Shown: piece by piece, positions 36,167 to 47,500 of the stretch
How the letters are laid out: each line of letters begins with the position of its first letter
Numbering within the stretch: the first letter of the stretch is position 1
NCBI GenBank assembly: GCA_963817915.1
Contig: CAWFQL010000003.1
Span: 57,414-121,413 of the forward strand
From: an uncultured candidate division Zixibacteria bacterium
GTDB taxonomy: Bacteria; Zixibacteria; MSB-5A5; UBA10806
Length of the DNA: 64,000 nt
Direction of reading: 5' to 3'
Notes under the pieces: generated by a model
What the model was told of the DNA's origin: nothing
Databases searched by the model: none
What the model saw: only the letters and a program-made list of their open reading frames with translations
Program-made: the position numbers and the translations under genes

Positions 36167-39100
36167 ATGAAAAAGTTTTTTGCGATAATATCTGCCATAG
36201 CTGTTGTGTTGTGCGGTGTACTTGTTTTCAGTCAGGAGCCGACAGCAAATCCGCATGGCAAATTAAAATGGGAATGCAGCGCGTGCCATAGCACCGATTC
36301 CTGGAAAATTACCAAAGCTCCAACCGGATTCAAGCATGCGGATACAGGGTTTGCCTTGCGGGGAGCGCACGATGTTACGGACTGCAGCGATTGCCACAAG
36401 GATTTGACATTTTCCCATATCGGCACGGCTTGCATAGATTGTCATACGGATATTCATCGCGGGCAATTTGGCAATTATTGCGAAAAATGCCATCTGCCCG
36501 ATAGCTGGCAAAATCGCCAGGAGCAGTTAGGCTTGCATTCATCGCGCGGATTTCCATTGATCGGTATTCATTCGATAGCTGATTGCGGCGCATGTCATGT
36601 AGGCCAGCAGCGAAATGAGTATTCCGGTACTCCGATTGAATGTATTGGCTGTCATCAGGGTAATTACGCCTCCACTACCAACCCTAATCATGTGCTTGCT
36701 AAATTCAACACGGACTGCCGCGAATGTCATAACGAATCCGCGAGTTCATGGAAAAATGCTACCTATGCGCATCCGTCGATATTCGAAATCCATGGAGCGC
36801 ATGTTGGTCTCGAATGTGTCAGATGCCATGCAGACTAGCGTTCGCGGGCACGCCAAGGGAATGTGTCGGCTGTCATTTGCCGGCTTATCAAACGGCTAAT
36901 AACCCGCCGCATGCCGTGCCGGTATTCCCGGAAGATTGCGTCATGTGTCATAACGATATTCAATGGATGGGAGCGACATTCAACCATCTTCAGGCCACAG
37001 GCTACGAATTACTCGGAGCTCATGCGACGGTGCATTGCAACGATTGCCATACCAATAATAATTATGTCAATATTCCTAACCAGTGTTTTGGGTGCCATCA
37101 GAATAATTATAATGAAGCGGCTAATCCCAATCACCAAACAAATAATTTCGATCACGATTGTACCGTCTGCCATAACTTTAATGGCTGGTCTCCTTCGACA
37201 TTCAATCATAGCGCAACCCGATTCGCTCTTACCGGAGTGCATCTAACAACACAATGCGTAGCCTGCCATACCAACGGCTACCAGAGTACTCCGATGGATT
37301 GTTACAGTTGCCATCAAAACAATTATAATTCGGCGACAAATCCCAATCATGCGACCAATAATTTCAATCACGATTGCACGCAATGCCATAATACCGCCGG
37401 ATGGTCGCCATCGACATTTAATCATAGCCAGACCAGGTTCACATTAACCGGCGCGCATTTGACTATCCAGTGTGTTGCCTGCCATGCTAATGGCTACCAG
37501 AATACACCGCTGGATTGTTATAGCTGCCACGTTAATAATTTTAACGGAGTGACTGATCCCAACCACGTGACCAATAATTTCAGCCACGATTGCACCCAAT
37601 GCCATTCTACGGTCTCATGGTCAGGCGGAACATTCAATCATAGTCAGACGCAGTTCCCGTTGACCGGCGCCCACGCTACAATACAATGTATAGCATGCCA
37701 CGCCAATGGTTACCAAAACACGCCGACGGATTGCTATAGTTGTCATTTGAACGATTTTAATGGGGCGACTAATCCCAATCATGTCACCAATAATTTCGGC
37801 CATGATTGCACCCAATGCCATTCCAATACAGCCTGGTCGCCTTCGACATTCAATCATAGCCAGACACAATTCCCACTTGACGGGCGCTCATGCGACAAGG
37901 CAGTGTATTGAATGCCATGCCAATGGCTACCAGAACACTCCATCAGACTGCTATAGCTGTCATCAAAGCAATTTTAATGGTGCGACCAATCCTAATCATG
38001 TGACCAATAATTTCAGTCATGATTGTACGCAATGTCATTCGACTTCCGTCTGGATACCATCGACTTTTGATCATAATCAAACCAGATTTCCATTAACCGG
38101 TGCCCATATATCTCGGCAATGCGTTGATTGCCATGCTAATGGTTACCAGAATACCCCATTTGATTGCTATAGCTGCCATCAAAGCAATTTTAACGGCGTT
38201 AGCGATCCTAATCACGTCACCAATAACTTCAGCCATGATTGCACGTTATGCCATTCGACTTCAGGCTGGTCACCGGCGACTTTCGACCATAACTCGACCA
38301 GATTCCCATTAACCGGACGGCACATTGGCCTAAATTGTGTTGCCTGTCATGCCAATGGTTATCAGAATACTCCATATGATTGCTATAGCTGTCACGTAAA
38401 TGATTATAATGACGTAAATGATCCGGACCATAGGGCCAATAATTACAGCCATGATTGCACGCAATGTCATAATACATCGGGATGGGGTAATGGTACATTC
38501 AATCATAATCCGACGAGATTTCCATTGACCGGGGCGCACGTGAGCCTGCCATGTATTTCATGTCATGCCAATGGTTATCAGAATACGCCTTACGATTGCT
38601 ATGGATGTCATCAGACTAATTATAATATGGTCCCGGACCCAAACCACGTGCAAAATAATTTTAATCATGACTGTACGCAATGCCATAATACTTCAGCCTG
38701 GACACCGGCATCATATGATCATAGCCAAACAAGATTCCCGTTGACCGGTGCCCATGTTGGACAGACATGTGTTGCCTGTCATGCCAATGGCTATAATAAC
38801 ACGCCATTTGACTGCTTTAGCTGCCACACAGGTAATTATAATTCGGCTACTGATCCCAACCATGTGACCAATAATTTTGACCATGACTGTACGCGATGTC
38901 ATACATACTAGGTCTGGTCGCCTTCGACATTCAGCCATGGCTCGACAAGATTCCCGTTAACCGGCGCGCATGTTCCTCTTCAATGTATTTCTTGTCACGC
39001 CAACGGATATCAGAATACACCGTTGGATTGCTACAGTTGCCATGTGGGCAATTATAATTCGGTTACCGACCCCAACCATGTGACCAATAATTTCGACCAT

Positions 39101-40670
39101 GATTGTACCCAGTGTCATACGACATCGGTCTGGAATCCATCGACATTTAATCACAGCTCGACCAGGTTCCCCTTAACTGGCGCGCACAATACGCTGCAAT
39201 GCATTTCGTGTCATGCCAACGGATACCAGAATACGCCGTTGGATTGTTACAGTTGCCATGTCGGTAATTATAATTCCGTTCCGGATCCTAATCACGTTAC
39301 CAATAATTTCAGCCATGATTGCACTCAATGCCATACAACTGCGGGCTGGACTCCGGCGAATTACAATCATAGTCAAACGAGATTTCCGTTAACTGGGGCG
39401 CATGTAAATCTTGCCTGCGTGGCCTGCCATGCCAATGGCTATCAGAATACGCCGTTCGATTGCTATAGCTGCCATCAGAATAACTACAATGGCGTCGTCG
39501 ATCCCAATCACAACACCAATAATTTCAGCCACGACTGCACAGTATGTCACACTACATCCGGATGGACACCTGTATCGTTCAATCACGGATTGACGCAATT
39601 CCCGTTAACCGGGGCGCATGTAAATCTTGCCTGTGTTGCTTGTCACGCCAATGGATACCAAAATACGCCTATGGATTGCTATAGCTGTCACCAGAGCAAT
39701 TATAATGGTGTTACGGATCCTAATCATGTCACCAATAATTTCAGCCATGACTGTACTATCTGTCATACGACCACAGCCTGGAATCCTTCGACATTCAATC
39801 ACGGGCAAACCCAATTCCCGTTAACCGGCGCGCATGTGAGTCTTGCCTGCATATCCTGTCACGCCAATGGGTACCAAAATACGCCTATGGATTGCTATAG
39901 CTGTCATCAGGGCAATTATAACGGTGTTACGGATCCTAATCATGTCACCAATAATTTCAGTCACGACTGCACCGTATGTCATACTACTTCAGCCTGGACT
40001 GCCCGCGACATTTAATCATGGCACGACCAGATTCCCGTTGACCGGTGCGCATGTAAGCCTGGCCTGTATAGCCTGCCATGCCAATGGCTATCAGAATACG
40101 CCTTTCGATTGCTATAGTTGTCATCAAAGCAATTTCAATGGTGTCGTAGATCCAAACCACGTCACCAATAATTTCAGCCATGACTGCACCGTATGTCATT
40201 CTACTTCGGCTTGGTCGCCGGCGTCATTCAACCATAATCAAACACAGTTCCCATTGACCGGAGCGCATACTACACTGCAATGTGTCGCCTGCCACGCCAA
40301 TGGATACCAAAATACCCCGACTGCTTGTGTCAGCTGCCATCAGGCCGATTATAATGGCGCCACAAATCCGAATCATACCGCTCAGGGATTTCCCACGCAA
40401 TGCCAGCAGTGTCATACAACCGCTAATTGGACGCAATTAACTTATAACCATAATACTCAATATTTCCCAATTACTACCGGAAGGCATGCTACCGTTTGGT
40501 CAACCTGTGCTACCTGCCATAATATTCCTGGAAATCTTGCGCATTTCGAATGTATCCTCTGCCATGAGCACAACCGCTCTGACACAGATTCACAGCATCA
40601 GGGTAGGTCGGGTTATCAATATCTAAGCACTGCGTGCTACGCTTGCCATCCCAGAGGCAATGCCGGTTAG
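36167..40670 (+). pseudogene. Giant multiheme cytochrome c (~1500 aa, ~60 CxxCH) made of ~16 tandem 72-aa tri-haem modules. The reading frame is interrupted at four or more positions.
   Basis: ATG at 36167 with signal peptide (MKKFFAIISAIAVVLCGVLVFS). The first ~220 aa carry 8 CxxCH. From ~36.9 kb a 216-bp module repeats: FNHSQTRFPLTGAHxxLxCxACHANGYQNTPxDCYSCHxxNYNGVTDPNHVTNNFSHDCTQCHxTxxWxPST. The track shows it as five ORFs (36116-36838, 36748-37911, 37760-38911, 39023-40015, 39843-40670). Breaks: a frame change near 36838; a +1 frame change near 37875 (ccgttgacc versus ccacttgacg); an in-frame TAG at 38909-38911 where paralogous modules have Ser/Ala; a frame change near 39995 (actccggcgaca versus actgcccgcgaca). 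The C-terminal tail is shared with the next gene (…CHxHxxxxTDSxHQ…YxxxxxACYxCH). Confidence 0.7.
36990..40420 (+). repeat. Coding tandem repeat: ~16 copies of a 216-bp unit (three haem sites per unit)
   Basis: Adjacent units are nearly identical at DNA level (e.g. 39400-39615 versus 39616-39831). The period is defined by recurrence of DCYSCH, HDCTQCH and ACHANGYQNTP codons. Confidence 0.8.
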
Positions 40671-40679
40671 GTGTAGTAT

Positions 40680-41483
40680 ATGTCTGGCATGCGTATAATA
40701 CTCATTATGGCAATTAGCCTTGCCACGGGAGTTCCCTGCTATTCACAGGAGAATCCTCATCGAGACTCCAAGCTCGATTGCCAGGAATGTCATACCGCTT
40801 CAAGTTGGACCGATATCAAGTTTGATCATCAGAAGACCGGTTTTGTGCTCGATGGAAATCATTTGGAGGTTCCCTGCGTCTCATGTCATTCATTGGTTGA
40901 TTTCAATATAGTTTCAAAGGAGTGTGTTTTTTGTCATGTTGATATTCATCAGGGGAAATTGGCCCGTACTTGCGAACAGTGCCATTCGACAAGGGGATGG
41001 AATATTTTCAATACAACAAGAGCGCATGCGAATACGACATTCCCTCTGATTGGCGCGCACGCAAAGCTCGATTGCCGTTCCTGCCATCTAAGCGAAATTG
41101 AAGGAGAGTATTCATTGCTTAAATCGGAATGTATATCTTGCCACGAGGCCGACTTTAATAATGCCCAAAATCCGTCCCATTCGGCATTGGGATTCGGGAC
41201 TCGCTGCAATGATTGCCATACGCTTTTATCCTGGCGCCCCGCCGATTTTTCACAGCATAATTCGTATTTTCCTATATATAGCGGGGCACATGCCGGAAAA
41301 TGGCGGAGTTGTTATGATTGTCATCCGACTCCGGGTGATTACGGAATCAGTACCATGACCTGTTTTTCCTGCCATGTTCATGACCAAGGGTCGACAGATT
41401 CTCGGCACCAAGAGGTCGCAGGATACGTTTATCAAAGCAGCGCCTGCTATAATTGTCATTCAAGCGGAAGCGCTGGAGGCTGA
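40680..41483 (+). CDS. Multiheme c-type cytochrome, 10 CxxCH
   Basis: 267 aa with signal peptide. CQECH, CVSCH, CVFCH, CEQCH, CRSCH, CISCH, CNDCH, CYDCH, CFSCH, CYNCH. Its C-terminal tail is homologous to the tail of the giant cytochrome. Confidence 0.85.
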   Translation: MSGMRIILIMAISLATGVPCYSQENPHRDSKLDCQECHTASSWTDIKFDHQKTGFVLDGNHLEVPCVSCHSLVDFNIVSKECVFCHVDIHQGKLARTCEQCHSTRGWNIFNTTRAHANTTFPLIGAHAKLDCRSCHLSEIEGEYSLLKSECISCHEADFNNAQNPSHSALGFGTRCNDCHTLLSWRPADFSQHNSYFPIYSGAHAGKWRSCYDCHPTPGDYGISTMTCFSCHVHDQGSTDSRHQEVAGYVYQSSACYNCHSSGSAGG

Positions 41484-41493
41484 GAGGTCTAAT

Positions 41494-43104
41494 ATGAAGG
41501 GATTATTAGTCAAAATCCTTGCAACGATAATATTCGCGCTTATTTTCCGGGTTGGAGCGTCGGCCGCTATCCATGTCCAATATCTTTCCCAGGAAGCGGT
41601 CTATATCGATGCCGGAATCGAAGACAGCCTTTCAATCGGCGATCAACTCGAGATCAGAAAAGGCGACAGCCTTATTGCTCAATTAGAAATTATCTTCGCG
41701 TCCGAGCATTCGGCTTCCTGCAAGATACTTAATTCGACAGGTACAATCGAAATCGGGGCTACCGTAAATATCACTTCAAGGGCGATCGTGGCCAAGCCGG
41801 CCCCGGCAGATTCTGTTGCGGATACGACTGCGAAAAAACTTGAGCCTGCGCCAATTGCAGTTGCGCCAAAGCCTAAGAAAAATTCTACCCATTTCAGCGG
41901 GACTATTGCCTTGCAGACTTATAATTGGAACGATATCACTTCATCGAATCTTGATTTCTCCCAGCCGTCGGCGAGAATAAATATTACCGCCCTGAAACTC
42001 TGGGGCACCGAGCTTTCATTTACGCTAAGATCGACCATCCGCAATGAACGAAGGACCCGCAGCTATAGCAGCTCTGTTCCCAAAAGCGAATGGCGCAATA
42101 GGGTATACCAACTTTCAATAGGGTATTCGGATGACAACGGGCCATTCGGGTTTGAATTCGGCAGAATAATCTCGAATAAAATCAGCGGTATCGGATATAT
42201 AGATGGAATCCTTGTCCATCGCAGGGTGAGCAAATTGGTCAATATGGGAGTATTTGTAGGGACTCAACCCCAATGGCAATATTCCGATTTTCAAACTTCG
42301 ATCCAGAAATACGGATTTTATACTAATTACGCGCGAGGCGAATATGCCAAATCTCGTTATGAAGTGACCCTGGCGGCCGCGGGCGAATATCATAGCAATA
42401 TCGTCAGCCGTGAATTCATTTATCTTCAGAATAATCTCATTATTAAGGGCGATTGGAATATTTTTCAGAGCGCGGAATTGGATCTTAATCGCGGATGGCG
42501 TAAAGAAAAATCGAAAATAGGCACATCTCTAACTAACTTCTACCTTTCCACCAGGAAACGAGTTACTGGCTGGCTTTCGGCGAGCCTGAGCTTTGATTCC
42601 CGTAAAAACTATTGGACCTATGAAATTCGTTCGATGGCCGAGCAGCTTTTCGATAGCAATGTCCGGCGCGGAGGCAGAGCGGATATTTCGCTGAGACTGC
42701 CTGGCAATTTCCAGCTTCTCGCGGGATTTGGCTTGCGGAAACGGGCCACGGAATCGGGCTCTACCTATTCTTATTCTGGGGCATTGAATAAATCCAATAT
42801 CCTCAATTCAAAGCTGGACATAAATATTCAGATGTCGGGATTTACCAACCCGCTTACAAACGGGTATAATGTATCCACGACTCTCGGTCGCTATTTCGGC
42901 AGGGGGAACTACCTGAGTATTGGATACAGCGGATACGTATATTCGATCCAAAATGGCGGTCCAACCCGCAGTAATACCGCATATCAGCTAAGCTCAATGA
43001 TAAGCATTATCAGATCCGTATATTTTTCCGGTCAATATGAATACGACACTGGGGATGATACCAAAGGCCATCGAATAGTAGCGGAACTCGGTTATCGTTT
43101 CTAA
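41494..43104 (+). CDS. Outer-membrane beta-barrel protein, candidate porin partner of the cytochromes (Pcc/MtrB-like role)
   Basis: ATG at 41494 preceded by ggaggctgagaggtc. The listed ORF starts earlier but overlaps the previous gene. Signal peptide MKGLLVKILATIIFALIFRVGASAA. ~510-aa mature, beta-rich, alternating-hydrophobic sequence ending in the OMP signature ...AELGYRF with a terminal Phe. The barrel assignment rests on composition and terminus only. Confidence 0.5.
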   Translation: MKGLLVKILATIIFALIFRVGASAAIHVQYLSQEAVYIDAGIEDSLSIGDQLEIRKGDSLIAQLEIIFASEHSASCKILNSTGTIEIGATVNITSRAIVAKPAPADSVADTTAKKLEPAPIAVAPKPKKNSTHFSGTIALQTYNWNDITSSNLDFSQPSARINITALKLWGTELSFTLRSTIRNERRTRSYSSSVPKSEWRNRVYQLSIGYSDDNGPFGFEFGRIISNKISGIGYIDGILVHRRVSKLVNMGVFVGTQPQWQYSDFQTSIQKYGFYTNYARGEYAKSRYEVTLAAAGEYHSNIVSREFIYLQNNLIIKGDWNIFQSAELDLNRGWRKEKSKIGTSLTNFYLSTRKRVTGWLSASLSFDSRKNYWTYEIRSMAEQLFDSNVRRGGRADISLRLPGNFQLLAGFGLRKRATESGSTYSYSGALNKSNILNSKLDINIQMSGFTNPLTNGYNVSTTLGRYFGRGNYLSIGYSGYVYSIQNGGPTRSNTAYQLSSMISIIRSVYFSGQYEYDTGDDTKGHRIVAELGYRF

Positions 43105-43152
43105 AGTTGATATTCATAGAGATGTTTAGAATTCAGGATTTTGTGAGGTAAT

Positions 43153-44487
43153 ATGGAATCAGACGCAATCTGGATATTCACGGTAATACTCATAGTAAGT
43201 ATTTCCGCCCCATATTTTATAAAATTTCGCAAACGCCAGAAAATGGATATCGAACGGCGGAAAGAGGCGGAAATCTTGGGCATCAGCAAGCCTTCCAGCC
43301 AATATCCGATGATCGACTCCACTCTCTGTATTGGCTGCCGCACCTGTGTCGATGCTTGTCCCGAGCATGATGTGCTCGGTATCGTATTCGGCAAGGCAAT
43401 GGTTATAAACGGCCAGCGTTGTGTTGGACATGGCTACTGCGAACTCGTGTGTCCTGTTGGAGCATTGAAAGTGGGACTCGGCGATATCAAAACTCGTCCC
43501 GATATTCCAGTCGTAGATGACAATAACCAATCCAATATTCCGGGCCTTTTTATCGCCGGTGAATTGGCCGGTCTTTCGTTGATCAGAAATGCTATAGATC
43601 AGGGAAGACGGGTTATAGAAAAAATAGCCGAAAATAATAATCGCTCAGCCAATGAAAATATTTACGATGTCATAATAATTGGAGCTGGTCCGGCGGGGCT
43701 TACTGCCTCACTTAATGCGATCAAAAACAAACTTTCTTACCTTCTAATCGACCAGCAGGCTCCGGGTGGTACGATTCTTCAATATCCCCGACATAAATTG
43801 GTAATGACCCAGCCTGTGGAAATTCCCCTTTATGGCTGGCTCAAGAAAGAAGAGTATGCCAAGGAAGACCTGCTGGATATATGGAATAAAATATTGAATG
43901 ACTTCAAGATCAATGTTCGAGTGGGTGAGAAGATCGAATCTGTCAGAAAAGAAGCGGAAGTATTCAAGGTTAAATCGCTTGCGGCCGAGTATTCCGCAAA
44001 TCATGTGGTGTTATCGATGGGTCGCCGGGGCACTCCCCGAAAACTTGGCGTAACCGGTGAAGATCTTCCCAAGACTCTCTATCAGCTGCTCGACGCGCAA
44101 TCGTATAATAACAATCATATTCTTGTTGTGGGCGGCGGCGATAGCGCTATCGAAGCGGCAGTTGGTCTTGCGCATCAGACCGGAAATAAAATCACGATTT
44201 CTTATAGAAAAAGCACATTTGCCCGTGTTAAGAAGAAAAATGAAGATCTTGTCAAAAAAGCTATCGCTGAAAAGAAAGTCAGAGCTATTTTCAATTCGGA
44301 AGTTCTCGAAATCAGAGATAAGAATGTCAAACTAAAAGTAGGAGAAGACATAGTCGAAATACTCAACGATTTTGTCTTCGTGTTTATCGGCGGCGAGCCT
44401 CCTATCAAAATGCTTAAGGAGATGGGCATATTATTCGGCGGCGAAGCGCCGGTTATCGAAGTTCCGCCTGTCCCGGCAATGTCTTAA
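43153..44487 (+). CDS. Membrane-anchored fusion of a 2x[4Fe-4S] ferredoxin and an FAD/NAD(P)-dependent oxidoreductase (thioredoxin-reductase-like)
   Basis: 444 aa. N-terminal TM helix. CIGCRTCVDACP and CVGHGYCELVCP ferredoxin motifs. Dinucleotide-binding motifs DVIIIGAGPAGL and ILVVGGGDSAIEAA. Confidence 0.7.
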   Translation: MESDAIWIFTVILIVSISAPYFIKFRKRQKMDIERRKEAEILGISKPSSQYPMIDSTLCIGCRTCVDACPEHDVLGIVFGKAMVINGQRCVGHGYCELVCPVGALKVGLGDIKTRPDIPVVDDNNQSNIPGLFIAGELAGLSLIRNAIDQGRRVIEKIAENNNRSANENIYDVIIIGAGPAGLTASLNAIKNKLSYLLIDQQAPGGTILQYPRHKLVMTQPVEIPLYGWLKKEEYAKEDLLDIWNKILNDFKINVRVGEKIESVRKEAEVFKVKSLAAEYSANHVVLSMGRRGTPRKLGVTGEDLPKTLYQLLDAQSYNNNHILVVGGGDSAIEAAVGLAHQTGNKITISYRKSTFARVKKKNEDLVKKAIAEKKVRAIFNSEVLEIRDKNVKLKVGEDIVEILNDFVFVFIGGEPPIKMLKEMGILFGGEAPVIEVPPVPAMS

Positions 44488-44555
44488 GACAATCCTCAAT
44501 TTTGCATATAAAAAAGGCGGCACTCAGGCCGCCTTTGAAAAAAATCTGTCTTCAT

Positions 44556-47500
44556 TTACTTCAACAATAACATCTTGTTGGTTTTGGTGAAATTAGCGGT
44601 TTCGATTTTGTAGAAATAAAGCCCGGTCGCGACTTTTCGGCCCGATTCATCCTTGCCATCCCAAACAACCTGCTTATAGCCGGCAGCCTGTCTTTGATCC
44701 ACAAGGTTTTTCACCTTCTGACCCATAATATTGAATACTACAATTCTCACTTCGGAATCGACCGCGAGCCCATAAGAAATCGTGGTTGAAGGATTGAATG
44801 GGTTCGGATAGTTTTGCGATAGGAAGAACTTCTTCGGAGCGGTGATATCATCGTTCAACCCTGTGATTGTCAGCGCCTTTCCAGAGCCGGCGGTTGATCC
44901 GAATGATTCGGCGGTTAGATTTCCTTCGGAGAATAGAGCGCTAACGTAATACCAATAAAGATTAGTATCGGCAAGATCAATATCCGAATAGCTCGTTGCC
45001 TGAATCGGAGAATCGTTCAGCTTCGAAAAATCACCATTGGGCCAACGGCTTCTGTAAATATTAAATCCGGCGAGATTAGGATTCGTTAATGTATCCCAGC
45101 GAACCTCGATTAAATTAGAAATATTGTTCGATGCTGAAAGACTGGATGGTATCGGGCATCGAGTGAGATGTAATGTCTCCGTCTCGATAAGCTGGTTGGC
45201 TACCACCTGGATACTTTCCTGATAGGCAGGGTAATATCCAAGGGCTTCGGCGGTGAGGCTTATTGTTCCGGGCGGTACTTCTTTAATAAAGAACCTGCCA
45301 TCGCTGGCTGAAATTCTCCTTTGACCTGTGCTCGCATGAATTTGAGCGTCGCCATTCTGGCCGCTTCCATCAAGATCGACACTTCCCCTTACTGAGCCGC
45401 GTCCGGTACTGGTGGTAATCAGCGTGACTGCGCCGTCAATCAAGGTCGCTCCTCCCGGAGCGTAATAATTGTCGTGCGTAAATTCCAGCCCGCGTTGTTC
45501 ATCGTAGCTCTCGAATCCTACGGACGCGTAACCCTCTCCAGAGTCGGTGTTATTAACATCTCTGTAAATAAAAAGGATATCGGAATCGCCTGTAAGGCTC
45601 GGATAATAGGCTGGATCCATAATAACCATCTGGAATGTTTCGTACTGGAAGGTATTCGTATTGGTTAATTTCAACCACTCTATATAAAATTTATGGTTCA
45701 CCGAATCATACCATTTGTAAACACCTAAGTGCGTTCCGTCAATTCTGAGATCATCCCAGAACGGCGAAATCTGTCCGCGCGCGTTACCCGGGTCAGGAAT
45801 TGGCCAATTGAAGAAGTTGGCCCAGTAATTTCCCTGCATATCCATTGGAGTAGTATCCAACGCTGCGAAACCATTGATACAAACTATCATCGCCCCGTAA
45901 TCTTGGCCATAATACTTCATGTTGAATGGCAATGTCACGAGAACCGATTTGTCATCCAACTCGGATCCATAATTCAAACGAGTACCCTGCCCGCCGCTAT
46001 CCGGGCTGATTTCAACCCATTGATAAGTCGGCATCATTGCGTATGCGCTGTCCATACGATCATACATGTAATAGCCATAGGAATCCGGCCCAACCGGGTC
46101 CCTTGACGAAATTCGTCCAACTGTTAGTGTAAATGGAATCGATGACTTTGAACCCGAAAGGGTTGATATATGAAGAGTCAGATTTAATTTTTTGCCCTTA
46201 AAGGCAGTCGAATCGCATGTGATACTGACGAGAGAACTGGAATTGTCGCCGGAGCCGCCGATTGAAATATCACCGAAATTGGCAATTGATCCAACGGCAT
46301 TCGCATAATCATCATCGGTTGTCACAATACCGGTAACACCCTGGGCATTAAGCGATCCGCTATTGGATAAAAATATCTTGAGATTGGCTGTTTGACCCGG
46401 ACCGATAAGGCTGTCACCCTCGGGGATTATAGCTCTGGTGACTGCGAATTTTGGAGCCTTTACCGGGAATTCGATCATAGTTTGCCAGCTGTCATTATTT
46501 TGGTCTCTGATTGTCAATTTCTGCCTGACAGTTTGACCATCGGAAGCGGCGGGATTTACATATACCACAAATGGCGCTTCTGATGCTCTCGATTCGCCCG
46601 GCGCCAGATTGCCGTAATTGCGAATACCGTCATAGACAACAGAATTCCCATCGGTTGATTCCAACTGCGCGGATACATTCGTAGCTGAAATATCCGTACC
46701 GAAATTCTTGATTGAGACATTTAATTCGATTGTCTCGCCAGGCGCGGCTAAATGATCGCCGTCTCCGTGAGAAAAGCCGTCGGTATCATCATCGATATAA
46801 ATGGAGTCCAATCCTACTGCCAGATCGGATGTCGCTATTTCCACATTGGTTTGGTAAGGAATAAGATTTTGTCCGGAAACGGTAAGCTTCATTGAGCCGG
46901 GAGTATTGGCGTCAAATATTAGCGTGACATTTCCCGATTCATCGGTTTTATCGACACTGAATACTTCTTCGGTTGTCCCAATAGTTTTGATCAATGTCAC
47001 ATATGCGCCTGAAATCGCGTTGCCCGCTGAATCTATCACTGAAGCATTAAAGCTGTTTGTTCCCAGTGCCACAGTATCGAGATGTGTAACGTTTATGCTT
47101 ATTGGAATTTTAGTGCGTAATTCAAGTTCAGGATCGCCCAGCATATTATATGTATTGAAATATTGTTGTATCATTCCTCCCGGGGCGGTCTGTCTTGGGA
47201 ATGTCCAGTAATCCTGAAGCTTTCCTCTCACTGCCGCGGCGGCAAAATGATAGACATTCTCTTCAAATATCCCGAAGAAATAGCCGACCATAATGGGGTT
47301 ATTCCATCTGGTATGGGTGTCGTGATCGGAAACCCCATAAAACGCCGGTCCGCCTTTCAAGCTATCAGGACTACGTCCCATTCTAATCCAGGTCTCGCCA
47401 AAACATTCACCGCCGAAATCACCGGTGCCGCAAGTCAATGGAGACAGAACGCCAAGTTTTTGATTGTCCTGTAAATTGAGCAAATCGTAACTCGTCATCG

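Noticed and set aside
38909-38911. TAG as a recoded (sense) codon or alternative genetic code
   Set aside because: This is a single occurrence. All other genes use TAG/TGA/TAA as terminators consistently, for example TAG ends the gene at 36162. A mutation or error is more parsimonious.
36232-39814. Numerous 60-130-aa ORFs on both strands inside the cytochrome repeat array (e.g. 36863-37246, 37009-37242, 38229-38498, 39173-39376, 39605-39814)
   Set aside because: These are alternate-frame or antisense read-throughs of a highly repetitive, codon-biased coding region (Ile/Ala/Met-rich junk). They have no start context or independent support.
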